From Eledone cirrhosa (lineage: Eukaryota): a DNA stretch of 64,000 nucleotides. The notes under the pieces were generated by a model that was not told the origin of the DNA, searched no databases, and was given only the letters and a program-made list of their open reading frames with translations. Both the position numbers and the translations under genes were made by a program. The stretch is from the NCBI GenBank assembly GCA_964016885.1, contig OZ024742.1, positions 166,842,001 through 166,906,000 on the forward strand, given 5' to 3'. This document shows positions 23,761 to 38,100 of this stretch, piece by piece. Numbering within the stretch: position 1 is the first letter of the stretch; every line of letters starts with the position of its first letter.

Positions 23761-26700
23761 AAAAATCATTGGGAGATTTGTAAAAAAAATCAGGGAGATA
23801 TAATTTGTAAAAAAAATCAAGGGGAGATAATTTCCAGCCGTCCAAGGGGAGGTAATATCTAGCCGTCCAAGGGGAGATAATTTCCAGCCGTCCAAGGGGA
23901 GATAATTTCCAGCCGTCCAAGGGTAGATAATATCCAGCCGTCCAAGGGGACATATTTTCCAGCCGTCCAAGGAGAGGTAATTTCTAGCCGTCCAAGGGGA
24001 GATAAATTCCAGCCTCCAAGGGGAGATAATTTCCAGCCAGCCAAGGGGAGATAATTTGTAAAAAAATCAGGGGGAGATAATTTGTAAAAAAAATCAGGGG
24101 TAGATAATTTGTAAAAAAAAATCAGGGGGAGATAATTTGTAAAAAAAAATCAGGGGGAGATAATTTGTAAAAAAAATCAAGGGGAGATAATTTCCAGCCG
24201 TCCAAGGAGAGATAATTTAAAAAAAAAATCAGGCGGAGATAATTTGTAAAAAAAAATCAGGGGGAGATAATTTGTAAAAAAAAATCAGGGGGAGATAATT
24301 TGTAAAAAAAATCAAGGGGAGATAATTTCCAGCCGTCCAAGGGGAGATAATTTCCAGCCGTCCAAGGGGAGATAATTTTTTTAAAAAAATCAGGCGGAGA
24401 TAATTTGTAAAAAAAATCAGGGGGAGGTAAAAAAAAATCAGGGGGAGATAATTTGTAAAAAAAAATCAGGGGGAGATAATTTCCAGCCGTCCAAGGTAAG
24501 ATAATTTCCAGCCCTCCAAGGGGCTATAATTTCCAGCATCCAAGGGGAGATAATTTCCAGCCGTCCAAGGGTAGATAATATCCAGCCGTCCAAGTAGACA
24601 TATTTTCCAGCCGTCCAAGGAGAGGTAATTTCTAGCCGTCCAAGGGGAGATAAATTCCAGCCTCCAAGGGGAGATAATTTCCCGCCAGCCAAGGGAAGAT
24701 AATATTTAAAAAATCAGGCGGAGATAATTTGTAAAAAAAAAATCAGGGGGAGATAATTTGTAAAAAAAATCAGGGGGAGATGATTTGTAAAAAAAAATCA
24801 GGGGTAGATAATTTGTAAAAAAAAATCAGGGGGAGATAATTTGTAAAAAAAAATCAGGGGGAGATAATTTGTAAAAAAAATCAAGGGGAGATAATTTCCA
24901 GCCGTCGAAGGGAAGATAATTTCCAGCCCTCCAAGGGGCTATAATTTCCAGCGTCCAAGGGGAGATAATTTCCAGCCGTCCAAGGGGAGATAATTTCCAG
25001 CCGTCCAAGGGTAGATAATATCCAGCCGTCCAAGTAGACATTTTCCAGCCGTCCAAGGAGAGGTAATTTCTAGCCGTCCAAGGGGAGATAAATTCCAGCC
25101 TCCAAGGGGAGATAATTTCCAGCCAGCCAAGGGGAGATAATTTGTAAAAAAATCAGGGGGAGATAATTTGTAAAAAAAATCAGGGGGAGATAATTTGTAA
25201 AAAAAAATCAGGGGGCGATAATTTGTAAAAAAAAATCAGGGGGAGATAATTTGTAAAAAAAATCAGGGGGAGATAATTTGTAAAAAAAATCAAGGGGAGA
25301 TAATTTCCAGCCGTCCAAGGGGAGATAATTTTCAGCCGTCCAAGGGGAGATAATTTCCAGCCGTCCAAGGGGAGATAATTTCCATCCTTCCAAGGGGAGA
25401 TAATTTCCAGCCGTCCAAGGGGAGATAATTTTCAGCCGTCCAAGGGGAGATAATTTCCCGCCAGCCAAGGGAAGATAATATTTAAAAAAATCAGGCGGAG
25501 ATAATTTGTAAAAAAAATCAGGGGGAGATAATTTGTAAAAAAATCAGGGGGAGATAATTTGTAAAAAAAATCAGGGGTAGATAATTTGTAAAAAAAATCA
25601 GGGGTAGATAATTTGTAAAAAAAAATCAGGGGGAGATAATTTGTAAAAAAAAAATCAGGGGGAGATAATTTGTAAAAAAAATCAAAGGGAGATAATTTCC
25701 AGCCGTCCAAGGAGAGAAAATTTTTAAAAAAAATCAGGCGGAGATAATTTGTAAAAAAAATCAAGGGGAGATAATTTGTAAAAAAAAATCAGGGGGAGAT
25801 AATTTGTAAAAAAAATCAAGGGGAGATAATTTCCAGCCGTCCAAGGGAAGATAATTTCCAGCACTCCAAGGGGCTATAATTTCCAGTGTCCAAGGGGAGA
25901 TAATTTTTTTTTAAAAATCAGGGGGAGATATGTAAAAAAAATCAGAGGGAGATAATTTCTAAAAAAAATCAAAGGGAGATAATTTCCAGCCGTCCAAAGA
26001 GAGATAATTTCTAGCCGTCCAAGGGGAGATAATTTCCAGCCAAGGGGAGATAATTTCCAGCCGTCCAAGGGGAGATAATTATTTAAAAAATCAGGTGGAG
26101 ATAATTTGTAAAAAAAATCAGGGGGAGATAATTTGTAAAAACAAAATCAAGGGCAGATAATTTCCAGCTGTCCAAGGGGAGATAATATCCAGCCGTGCAA
26201 GGGGAGATAATTTCCAGCCGTCCAAGGGGAGATAATTTCCATCCTTCCAAGGGGAGATAATGTCCAGCCGTCCAAGGGGAGATAATTTCCCGCCAGCCAA
26301 GGGAAGATAATTTTTAAAAAAATCAGGCGGAGATTGTAAAAAAAATCAGGGGGAGATAATTTGTAAAAAAATCAGGGGGAGATAATTTGTAAAAAAAATC
26401 AGGGGGAGATAATTTGTAAAAAAAAAATCAGGGGGAGATAATTTGTAAAAAAAATCAGGGGTAGATAATTTGTAAAAAAAAATCAGGGGGAGATAATTTG
26501 TAAAAAAAATCAGGGGGAGATAATTTGTAAAAAAATCAAGGGGAGATAATATGCAGCCGTCCAAGGGGAGATAATTTTCAGCCGTCCAAGGAGAGGTAAT
26601 TTCTAGCCGTCCAAGGGGAGATAATTTCCAGCCGTCCAAGGGGAGATAATTTCCAGCCGTCCAAGGGGAGATAGTTTTTTTAAAAAAATCAGGCGGAGAT

Positions 26701-29700
26701 AATTTGTAAAAAAAAAATCAGGGGGAGATAATTTGTAAAAAAAAATCAGGGGGAGATAATTTGTAAAAGAAATTCAGGGGGAGATAATTTGTAAAAAAAA
26801 TCAGGGGGAGATAATTAGTAAAAAAAATCAAGGGGAGATAATTTCCAGCCGTCCAAGGGGAGGTAATATCTAGCCGTCCACGGGGAGATAATTTCCAGCC
26901 GTCCAAGGGGAGATAATTTCCAGCCGTCCAAGGGGAGATAATATCCAGCCGTCCAAGTAGACATATTTTCCAGCCGTCCAAGGAGAGGTAATTTCTAGCC
27001 GTCCAAGGGGAGATAAATTCCAGCCTCCAAGGGGAGATAATTTCCAGCCAGCCAAGGGGAGATAATTTGTAAAAAAATCAGGGGGAGATAATTTGTAAAA
27101 AAAATCAGGGGGAGATAATTTGTAAAAAAAAATCAGGGGGAGATAATTTGTAAAAAAAAATCAGGGGGAGATAATTTGTAAAAAAATCAGGGGGAGATAA
27201 TTTGTAAAAAAATCAAGGGGAGATTATTTCCAGCTGTCCAAGGGGAGGTAATATCTAGCCGTCCAAGGGGAGATAATTTCCAGCCGTCCAAGGGGAGATA
27301 ATTTCCAGCCGTCCAAGGGTAGATAATATCCAGCCGTCCAAGGAGACATATTTTCCAGCCCTCCAAGGAGAGGTAATTTCTAGCCGTCCAAGTGGAGATA
27401 AATTCCAGCCTCCAAGGGGAGATAATTTCCAGCCAGCCAAGGGGAGATAATTTGTAAAAAAATAGGGGGAGATAATTTGTAAAAAAAATCAGGGGGAGAT
27501 AATTTGTAAAAAAAAATCAGGGGGAGATAATTTGTAAAAAAAATCAGGGGGAGATAATTTGTAAAAAAAATCAAGGGGAGATAATTTCCAGCCGTCCAAG
27601 GGGAGATAATTTTCAGCCGTCCAAGGGGAGATAATTTCCCGCCAGCCAAGGGAAGATAATATTTAAAAAATGAGGCGGAGATAATTTGTAAAAAAAATCA
27701 GGGGGAGATAATTTGTAAAAAAATCAGGGGGAGATAATTTGTAAAAAAAAATCAGGGGGAGATAATTTGTAAAAAAAATTAGGGGGAGATAATTTGTAAA
27801 AAAAAATCAGGGGTAGATAATTTGTAAAAAAAAATCAGGGGGAGATAATTTGTAAAAAAAATCAGGGGGAGATAATTTGTAAAAAAAATCAAGGGGAGAT
27901 AATTTCCAGCCGTCCAAGGAGAGATAATTTAAAAAAAAAATCAGGCGGAGATAATTTGTAAAAAAAAATCAGGGGGAGATAATTTGTAAAAAAAAATCAG
28001 GGGGAGATAATTTGTAAAAAAAATCAAGGGGAGATAATTTCCAGCCGTCCAAGGGGAGATAATTTTCAGCCGTCCAAGGGGAGATAATTTCCAGCCGTCC
28101 AAGGGGAGATAATTTTTTTTTAAAAATCAGGCGGAGATAATTTGTAAAAAAAAAATCAGGGGGAGATAATTTGTAAAAAAAAATCAGGGGGAGATAATTT
28201 GTAAAAAAAATCTAGGGGAGATAATTTGCAACCGTCCAAGGGGACATAATTTTCAGTCGTCCAAGGAGAGGTAATTTCTAGCCGTCCAAGGGGAGATAAT
28301 TTCCAGCCGTCCAAGGGGAGATAATTTCCAGCCGTCCAAGGGGAGATAATTTTTTTTTAAAAATCAGGCGGAGATAATTTGTAAAAAAAAAATCAGGGGG
28401 AGATAATTTGTAAAAAAAAATCAGGGGGAGATAATTTGTAAAAAAAAATCAGGGGGAGATAATTTGTAAAAAAAATCAAGGGGAGATAATTTCCAGCCGT
28501 CCAAGGGAAGATAATTTCCAGCCCTCCAAGGGGCTATAATTTCCAGCGTCCAAGGGGAGATAATTTCCAGCCAGCGAAGGGGAGATAATTGTTTTAAAAA
28601 AATCATTGGGAGATTTGTAAAAAAAATCAGGGGGAGATAATTAATAAAAAAAATCAAGGGGAGATAATTCCAGCCGTCCAAGGGGAGGTAATATCTAGCC
28701 GTCCAAGGGGAGATAATTTCCAGCCGTCCAAGGGGAGATAATTTCCAGCCGTCCAAGGGTAGATAATATCCAGCCGTCCAAGGAGACATATTTTCCAGCC
28801 GTCCAAGGAGAGGTAATTTCTAGCCGTCCAAGGGGAGATAAATTCCAGCCTCCAAGGGGAGATAATTTCCAGCCAGCCAAGGGGAGATAATTTGTAAAAA
28901 AATCAGGGGGAGATAATTTGTAAAAAAAGTCAGGGGTAGATAATTTGTAAAAAAAAATCAGGGGGAGATAATTTGTAAAAAAAAATCAGGGGGAGATAAT
29001 TTGTAAAAAAAATCAAGGGGAGATAATTTCCAGCCGTCCAAGGAGAGATAATTTTAAAAAATCAGGCGGAGATAATTTGTAAAAAAAAATCAGGGGGAGA
29101 TAATTTGTAAAAAAAAATAAGGGGGAGATAATTTGTAAAAAAAATCAAGGGGAGATAATTTCCAGCCGTCCAAGGGGAGATAATTTCCAGCCGTCCAAGG
29201 GGAGATAAATTTTTTAAAAAAATCAGGCGGAGATAATTTGTAAAAAAAATCAGGGGGAGATAATTTGTAAAAAAAAATCAGGGGGAGATAATTTGTAAAA
29301 AAAAATCAGGGGGAGATAATTTCCAGCCGTCCAAGGTAAGATAATTTCCAGCCCTCCAAGGGGCTATAATTTCCAGCATCCAAGGGGAGATAATTTCCAG
29401 CCGTCCAAGGGTAGATAATATCCAGCCGTCCAAGTAGACATATTTTCCAGCCGTCCAAGGAGAGGTAATTTCTAGCCGTCCAAGGGGAGATAAATTCCAG
29501 CCTCCAAGGGGAGATAATTTCCAGCCAGCCAAGGGGAGATAATTTGTAAAAAAATCAGGGGGAGATAATTTATAAAAAAAATCAGGGGGAGATAATTTGT
29601 AAAAAAAAATCAGGGGGAGATAATTTGTAAAAAAAAATCAGGGGGAGATAATTTCCAGCCGTCCAAGGGGAGATAATTTTCAGCCGTCCAAGGGTAGATA

Positions 29701-30020
29701 ATATCCAGCCGTCCAAGTAGACATTTTCCAGCCGTCCAAGGAGAGGTAATTTCTAGCCGTCCAAGGGGAGATAAATTCCAGCCTCCAAGGGGAGATAATT
29801 TCCAGCCAGCCAAGGGGAGATAATTTGTAAAAAAAATCAGGGGGACATAATTTGTAAAAAAAAATCAGGGGGAGATAATTTGTAAAAAAAAAATCAGGGG
29901 GAGATAATTTGTAAAAAAAAATCAGGGGGAGATAATTTGTAAAAAAAATCAAGGGGAGATAATTTCCAGCCGTCCAAGGGGAGATAATTTTCAGCCGTCC
30001 AAGGGGAGATAATTTCCAGA
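18700..30020 (+). repeat. ~8.47 kb higher-order period
   Basis: Identical ORFs are offset by 8472 bp (19949/28421, 20806/29278, 21138/29610). A similar ~8.5 kb offset is seen later (51753/60272 = 8519; 52500/61046 = 8546). Confidence 0.7.
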
Positions 30021-33000
30021 CGTCGAAGGGAAGATAATTTCCAGCCCGCCAAGGGGCTATAATTTCCAGCGTCCAAGGGGAGATAATTTCCAGCCGTCCA
30101 AGGGGAGATAATTTCCAGCCGTCCAAGGGTAGATAATATCCAGCCGTCCAAGTAGACATTTTCCAGCCGTCCAAGGAGAGGTAATTTCTAGCCGTCCAAG
30201 GGGAGATAAATTCCAGCCTCCAAGGGGAGATAATTTCCAGCCAGCCAAGGGGAGATAATTTGTAAAAAAATCAGGGGGAGATAATTTGTAAAAAAAATCA
30301 GGGGGAGATAATTTGTAAAAAAAAATCAGGGGGCGATAATTTGTAAAAAAAAATCAGGGGGAGATAATTTGTAAAAAAAATCAGGGGGAGATAATTTGTA
30401 AAAAAAATCAAGGGGAGATAATTTCCAGCCGTCCAAGGGGAGATAATTTTCAGCCGTCCAAGGGGAGATAATTTCCAGCCGTCCAAGGGGAGATAATTTC
30501 CATCCTTCCAAGGGGAGATAATTTCCAGCCGTCCAAGGGGAGATAATTTTCAGCCGTCCAAGGGGAGATAATTTCCCGCCAGCCAAGGGAAGATAATATT
30601 TAAAAAAATCAGGCGGAGATAATTTGTAAAAAAAATCAGGGGGAGATAATTTGTAAAAAAATCAGGGGGAGATAATTTGTAAAAAAAAAATCAGGGGGAG
30701 ATAATTTGTAAAAAAAATCAGGGGTAGATAATTTGTAAAAAAAATCAGGGGTAGATAATTTGTAAAAAAAAATCAGGGGGAGATAATTTGTAAAAAAAAA
30801 ATCAGGGGGAGATAATTTGTAAAAAAAATCAAAGGGAGATAATTTCCAGCCGTCCAAGGAGAGAAAATTTTAAAAAAAAATCAGGCGGAGATAATTTGTA
30901 AAAAAAATCAAGGGGAGATAATTTGTAAAAAAAAATCAGGGGGAGATAATTTGTAAAAAAAATCAAGGGGAGATAATTTCCAGCCGTCCAAGGGAAGATA
31001 ATTTCCAGCACTCCAAGGGGCTATAATTTCCAGTGTCCAAGGGGAGATAATTTTTTTTTAAAAATCAGGGGGAGATATGTAAAAAAAATCAGAGGGAGAT
31101 AATTTCTAAAAAAAATCAAAGGGAGATAATTTCCAGCCGTCCAAAGAGAGATAATTTCTAGCCGTCCAAGGGGAGATAATTTCCAGCCAAGGGGAGATAA
31201 TTTCCAGCCGTCCAAGGGGAGATAATTATTTAAAAAATCAGGTGGAGATAATTTGTAAAAAAAATCAGGGGGAGATAATTTGTAAAAACAAAATCAAGGG
31301 CAGATAATTTCCAGCTGTCCAAGGGGAGATAATATCCAGCCGTGCAAGGGGAGATAATTTCCAGCCGTCCAAGGGGAGATAATTTCCATCCTTCCAAGGG
31401 GAGATAATGTCCAGCCGTCCAAGGGGAGATAATTTCCCGCCAGCCAAGGGAAGATAATTTTTAAAAAAATCAGGCGGAGATTGTAAAAAAAATCAGGGGG
31501 AGATAATTTGTAAAAAAATCAGGGGGAGATAATTTGTAAAAAAAATCAGGGGGAGATAATTTGTAAAAAAAAAATCAGGGGGAGATAATTTGTAAAAAAA
31601 ATCAGGGGTAGATAATTTGTAAAAAAAAATCAGGGGGAGATAATTTGTAAAAAAAATCAGGGGGAGATAATTTGTAAAAAAATCAAGGGGAGATAATATG
31701 CAGCCGTCCAAGGGGAGATAATTTTCAGCCGTCCAAGGAGAGGTAATTTCTAGCCGTCCAAGGGGAGATAATTTCCAGCCGTCCAAGGGGAGATAATTTC
31801 CAGCCGTCCAAGGGGAGATAGTTTTTTTAAAAAAATCAGGCGGAGATAATTTGTAAAAAAAAAATCAGGGGGAGATAATTTGTAAAAAAAAATCAGGGGG
31901 AGATAATTTGTAAAAGAAATTCAGGGGGAGATAATTTGTAAAAAAAATCAGGGGGAGATAATTAGTAAAAAAAATCAAGGGGAGATAATTTCCAGCCGTC
32001 CAAGGGGAGGTAATATCTAGCCGTCCACGGGGAGATAATTTCCAGCCGTCCAAGGGGAGATAATTTCCAGCCGTCCAAGGGGAGATAATATCCAGCCGTC
32101 CAAGTAGACATATTTTCCAGCCGTCCAAGGAGAGGTAATTTCTAGCCGTCCAAGGGGAGATAAATTCCAGCCTCCAAGGGGAGATAATTTCCAGCCAGCC
32201 AAGGGGAGATAATTTGTAAAAAAATCAGGGGGAGATAATTTGTAAAAAAAATCAGGGGGAGATAATTTGTAAAAAAAAATCAGGGGGAGATAATTTGTAA
32301 AAAAAAATCAGGGGGAGATAATTTGTAAAAAAATCAGGGGGAGATAATTTGTAAAAAAATCAAGGGGAGATTATTTCCAGCTGTCCAAGGGGAGGTAATA
32401 TCTAGCCGTCCAAGGGGAGATAATTTCCAGCCGTCCAAGGGGAGATAATTTCCAGCCGTCCAAGGGTAGATAATATCCAGCCGTCCAAGGAGACATATTT
32501 TCCAGCCCTCCAAGGAGAGGTAATTTCTAGCCGTCCAAGTGGAGATAAATTCCAGCCTCCAAGGGGAGATAATTTCCAGCCAGCCAAGGGGAGATAATTT
32601 GTAAAAAAATCAGGGGGAGATAATTTGTAAAAAAAATCAGGGGGAGATAATTTGTAAAAAAAAATCAGGGGGAGATAATTTGTAAAAAAAATCAGGGGGA
32701 GATAATTTGTAAAAAAAATCAAGGGGAGATAATTTCCAGCCGTCCAAGGGGAGATAATTTTCAGCCGTCCAAGGGGAGATAATTTCCCGCCAGCCAAGGG
32801 AAGATAATATTTAAAAAATGAGGCGGAGATAATTTGTAAAAAAAATCAGGGGGAGATAATTTGTAAAAAAATCAGGGGGAGATAATTTGTAAAAAAAAAT
32901 CAGGGGGAGATAATTTGTAAAAAAAATTAGGGGGAGATAATTTGTAAAAAAAAATCAGGGGTAGATAATTTGTAAAAAAAAATCAGGGGGAGATAATTTG

Positions 33001-35170
33001 TAAAAAAAATCAGGGGGAGATAATTTGTAAAAAAAATCAAGGGGAGATAATTTCCAGCCGTCCAAGGAGAGATAATTTAAAAAAAAAATCAGGCGGAGAT
33101 AATTTGTAAAAAAAAATCAGGGGGAGATAATTTGTAAAAAAAAATCAGGGGAGATAATTTGTAAAAAAAATCAAGGGGAGATAATTTCCAGCCGTCCAAG
33201 GGGAGATAATTTTCAGCCGTCCAAGGGGAGATAATTTCCAGCCGTCCAAGGGGAGATAATTTTTTTTTAAAAATCAGGCGGAGATAATTTGTAAAAAAAA
33301 AATCAGGGGGAGATAATTTGTAAAAAAAAATCAGGGGGAGATAATTTGTAAAAAAAATCTAGGGGAGATAATTTGCAACCGTCCAAGGGGACATAATTTT
33401 CAGTCGTCCAAGGAGAGGTAATTTCTAGCCGTCCAAGGGGAGATAATTTCCAGCCGTCCAAGGGGAGATAATTTCCAGCCGTCCAAGGGGAGATAATTTT
33501 TTTTTAAAAATCAGGCGGAGATAATTTGTAAAAAAAAAATCAGGGGGAGATAATTTGTAAAAAAAAATCAGGGGGAGATAATTTGTAAAAAAAAATCAGG
33601 GGGAGATAATTTGTAAAAAAAATCAAGGGGAGATAATTTCCAGCCGTCCAAGGGAAGATAATTTCCAGCCCTCCAAGGGGCTATAATTTCCAGCGTCCAA
33701 GGGGAGATAATTTCCAGCCAGCGAAGGGGAGATAATTGTTTTAAAAAAATCATTGGGAGATTTGTAAAAAAAATCAGGGGGAGATAATTAATAAAAAAAA
33801 TCAAGGGGAGATAATTCCAGCCGTCCAAGGGGAGGTAATATCTAGCCGTCCAAGGGGAGATAATTTCCAGCCGTCCAAGGGGAGATAATTTCCAGCCGTC
33901 CAAGGGTAGATAATATCCAGCCGTCCAAGGAGACATATTTTCCAGCCGTCCAAGGAGAGGTAATTTCTAGCCGTCCAAGGGGAGATAAATTCCAGCCTCC
34001 AAGGGGAGATAATTTCCAGCCAGCCAAGGGGAGATAATTTGTAAAAAAATCAGGGGGAGATAATTTGTAAAAAAAGTCAGGGGTAGATAATTTGTAAAAA
34101 AAAATCAGGGGGAGATAATTTGTAAAAAAAAATCAGGGGGAGATAATTTGTAAAAAAAATCAAGGGGAGATAATTTCCAGCCGTCCAAGGAGAGATAATT
34201 TTAAAAAATCAGGCGGAGATAATTTGTAAAAAAAAATCAGGGGGAGATAATTTGTAAAAAAAAATAAGGGGGAGATAATTTGTAAAAAAAATCAAGGGGA
34301 GATAATTTCCAGCCGTCCAAGGGGAGATAATTTCCAGCCGTCCAAGGGGAGATAAATTTTTTAAAAAAATCAGGCGGAGATAATTTGTAAAAAAAATCAG
34401 GGGGAGATAATTTGTAAAAAAAAATCAGGGGGAGATAATTTGTAAAAAAAAATCAGGGGGAGATAATTTCCAGCCGTCCAAGGTAAGATAATTTCCAGCC
34501 CTCCAAGGGGCTATAATTTCCAGCATCCAAGGGGAGATAATTTCCAGCCGTCCAAGGGTAGATAATATCCAGCCGTCCAAGTAGACATATTTTCCAGCCG
34601 TCCAAGGAGAGGTAATTTCTAGCCGTCCAAGGGGAGATAAATTCCAGCCTCCAAGGGGAGATAATTTCCAGCCAGCCAAGGGGAGATAATTTGTAAAAAA
34701 ATCAGGGGGAGATAATTTATAAAAAAAATCAGGGGGAGATAATTTGTAAAAAAAAATCAGGGGGAGATAATTTGTAAAAAAAAATCAGGGGGAGATAATT
34801 TCCAGCCGTCCAAGGGGAGATAATTTTCAGCCGTCCAAGGGTAGATAATATCCAGCCGTCCAAGTAGACATTTTCCAGCCGTCCAAGGAGAGGTAATTTC
34901 TAGCCGTCCAAGGGGAGATAAATTCCAGCCTCCAAGGGGAGATAATTTCCAGCCAGCCAAGGGGAGATAATTTGTAAAAAAAATCAGGGGGACATAATTT
35001 GTAAAAAAAAATCAGGGGGAGATAATTTGTAAAAAAAAAATCAGGGGGAGATAATTTGTAAAAAAAAATCAGGGGGAGATAATTTGTAAAAAAAATCAAG
35101 GGGAGATAATTTCCAGCCGTCCAAGGGGAGATAATTTTCAGCCGTCCAAGGGGAGATAATTTCCAGACGT
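24903..35170 (+). repeat. Direct tandem duplication of a ~5.1 kb unit (copies of 5118 and 5147 bp)
   Basis: Offsets of 5118 (25180/30298) and 5147 (26118/31265, 27255/32402, 28421/33568, 29278/34425, 29610/34757). A chimeric junction monomer lies at ~30016-30030. Confidence 0.88.
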
Positions 35171-38100
35171 CCAAGGGGAGATAATTTCCATCCTTCCAAG
35201 GGGAGATAATTTCCAGCCTTCCAAGGGGAGATAATTTTCAGCCGTCCAAGGGGAGATAATTTCCCGCCAGCCAAGGGAAGATAATATTTTAAAAAATCAG
35301 GCGGAGATAATTTGTAAAAAAAATCAGGGGGAGATAATTTGTAAAAAAATCAGGGGGAGATAATTTGTAAAAAAAAAATCAGGGGGAGATAATTTGTAAA
35401 AAAAATCAGGGGGAGATAATTTGTAAAAAAAAATCTGGGGTAGATAATTTGTAAAAAAAAATCAGGGGGAGATAATTTGTAAAAAAAAAATCAGGGGGAG
35501 ATAATTTGTAAAAAAAATCAAGGGGAGATAATTTCCAGCCGTCCAAGGAGAGATAATTTTTAAAAAAAATCAGGCGGAGATAATTTGTAAAAAAAAATCA
35601 AGGGGAGATAATTTGTAAAAAAAAATCAGGGGGAGATAATTTGTAAAAAAATCAAGGGGAGATAATTTCCAGCCGTCCAAGGGAAGATAATTTCCAGCAC
35701 TCCAAGGGGCTATAATTTCCAGTGTCCAAGGGGAGATAATTTCCAGCCAGCGAAGGGGAGATAATTTTTTTAAAAAAATCAGGGGGAGATATGTAAAAAA
35801 AATCAGAGGGAGATAATTTCTAAAAAAAATCAAAGGGAGATAATTTCCAGCCGTCCAAAGAGAGATAATTTCTAGCCGTCCAAGGGGAGATAATTTCCAG
35901 CCAAGGGGAGATAATTTCCAGCCGTCCAAGGGGAGATAATTATTTAAAAAATCAGGTGGAGATAATTTCCCGCCAGCCAAGGGAAGATAATTTTTAAAAA
36001 AATCAGGCGGAGATTGTAAAAAAAATCAGGGGGAGATAATTTGTAAAAAAATCAGGGGGAGATAATTTGTAAAAAAAAAATCAGGGGAGATAATTTGTAA
36101 AAAAAAATCAGGGGGAGATAATTTGTAAAAAAAAAATCAGGGGGAGATAATTTGTAAAAAAAATCAGGGGTAGATAATTTGTAAAAAAAAATCAGGAGGA
36201 GATAATTTGTAAAAAAAAATCAGTGGGAGATAATTTGTAAAAAAATCAAGGGGAGATAATATGCAGCCGTCCAAGGGGAGATAATTTTCAGCCGTCCAAG
36301 GAGAGTTAATTTCTAGCCGTCCAAGGGGAGATAATTTCCAGCCGTCCAAGGGGAGATAATTTCCAGCCGTCCAAGGGGAGATAGTTTTTTTAAAAAAATC
36401 AGGCGGAGATAATTTGTAAAAAAAAAATCAGGGGGAGATAATTTGTAAAAGAAAATCAGGGGGAGATAATTTGTAAAAAAAAATCAAGGGGAGATAATTT
36501 GTAAAAAAAATCAGGGGGAGATAATTAGTAAAAAAATCAAGGGGAGATAATTTCCAGCCGTCCAAGGGGAGGTAATATCAAGCCGTCCAAGGGGAGATAA
36601 TTTCCAGCCGTCCAAGGGGAGATAATTTCCAGCCGTCCAAGGGTAGATAATATCCAGCCGTCCAAGTAGACATATTTTCCAGCCGTCCAAGGAGAGGTAA
36701 TTTCTAGCCGTCCAAGGGGAGATAAATTCCAGCCTCCAAGGGGAGATAATTTCCAGCAAGCCAAGGGGAGATAATTTGTAAAAAAATCAGGGGGAGATAA
36801 TTTGTAAAAAAAATCAGGGGGAGATAATTTGTAAAAAAAAATCAGGGGGAGATAATTTGTAAAAAAAATCAGGGGGAGATAATTTGTAAAAAAAAATCAG
36901 GGGGAGATAATTTGTAAAAAAAAATCAGGGGGAGATAATTTGTAAAAAAAAATCAGGGGGAGATAATTTGTAAAAAAAATCAAGGGGAGATAATTTCCAG
37001 CCGTCCAAGGGGAGATAATTTCCAGCCGTCCAAGGGGAGGTAATATCTAGCCGTCCAAGGGGAGATAATTTCCAGCCGTCCAAGAGGAGATAATTTCCAG
37101 CCGTCCAAGGGAAGATAATTTCAAGCCCTCCAAGGGGCTATAATTTCCAGTGTCCAAGGGGAGATAATTTCCAGCCAGCGAAGGGGAGATAATTTTTTTT
37201 TAAAAATCAGGGGGAGATTTGTAAAAAAAATCAGGGGGAGATAATTTGTAAAAAAAATCAAGGGGAGATAATTTCCAGCCGTCGAAGGGAAGATAATTTC
37301 CAGCCCTCCAAGGGGCTATAATTTCCAGCGTCCAAGGGGAGATAATTTCCAGCCAGCGAAGGGGAGATAATTTTTTTAAAAAAATCATTGGGAGATTTGT
37401 AAAAAAAATCAGGGAGAGATAATTTGTAAAAAAAATCAAGGGGAGATAATTTCCAGCCGTCCAAGGGGAGGTAATATCTAGCCGTCCAAGGGGAGATAAT
37501 TTCCAGCCGTCCAAGGGGAGATAATTTCCAGCCGTCCAAGGGTAGATAATATCCAGCCGTCCAAGTAGACATTTTCCAGCCGTCCAAGGAGAGGTAATTT
37601 CTAGCCGTCCAAGGGGAGATAAATTCCAGCCTCCAAGGGGAGATAATTTCCAGCCAGCCAAGGGGAGATAATTTGTAAAAAAATCAGGGGGAGATAATTT
37701 GTAAAAAAAATCAGGGGGAGATAATTTGTAAAAAAAAATCAGGGGGAGATAATTTGTAAAAAAAATCAAGGGGAGATAATTTGCAGCCGTCCAAGGGGAG
37801 ATAATTTTCAGCCGTCCAAGGAGAGGTAATTTCTAGCCGTCCAAGGTGAGATAATATCCAGCCGTCCAAGGGGAGATAATTTCCAGCCGTCCAAGGGGAG
37901 ATAATTTAAAAAAAAAAACAGGCGAAGATAATTTGTAAAAAAAAAATCAGGGGGAGATAATTTGTAAAAAAAAATCAGGGGGAGATAATTTGTAAAAAAA
38001 AATCAGGGGGAGGTAATTTGTAAAAAAAATCAAGGGGAGATAATTTCCAGCCGTCCAAGGGAAGATAATTTCCAGCCGTCCAAGGAGAGATAATTTTAAA

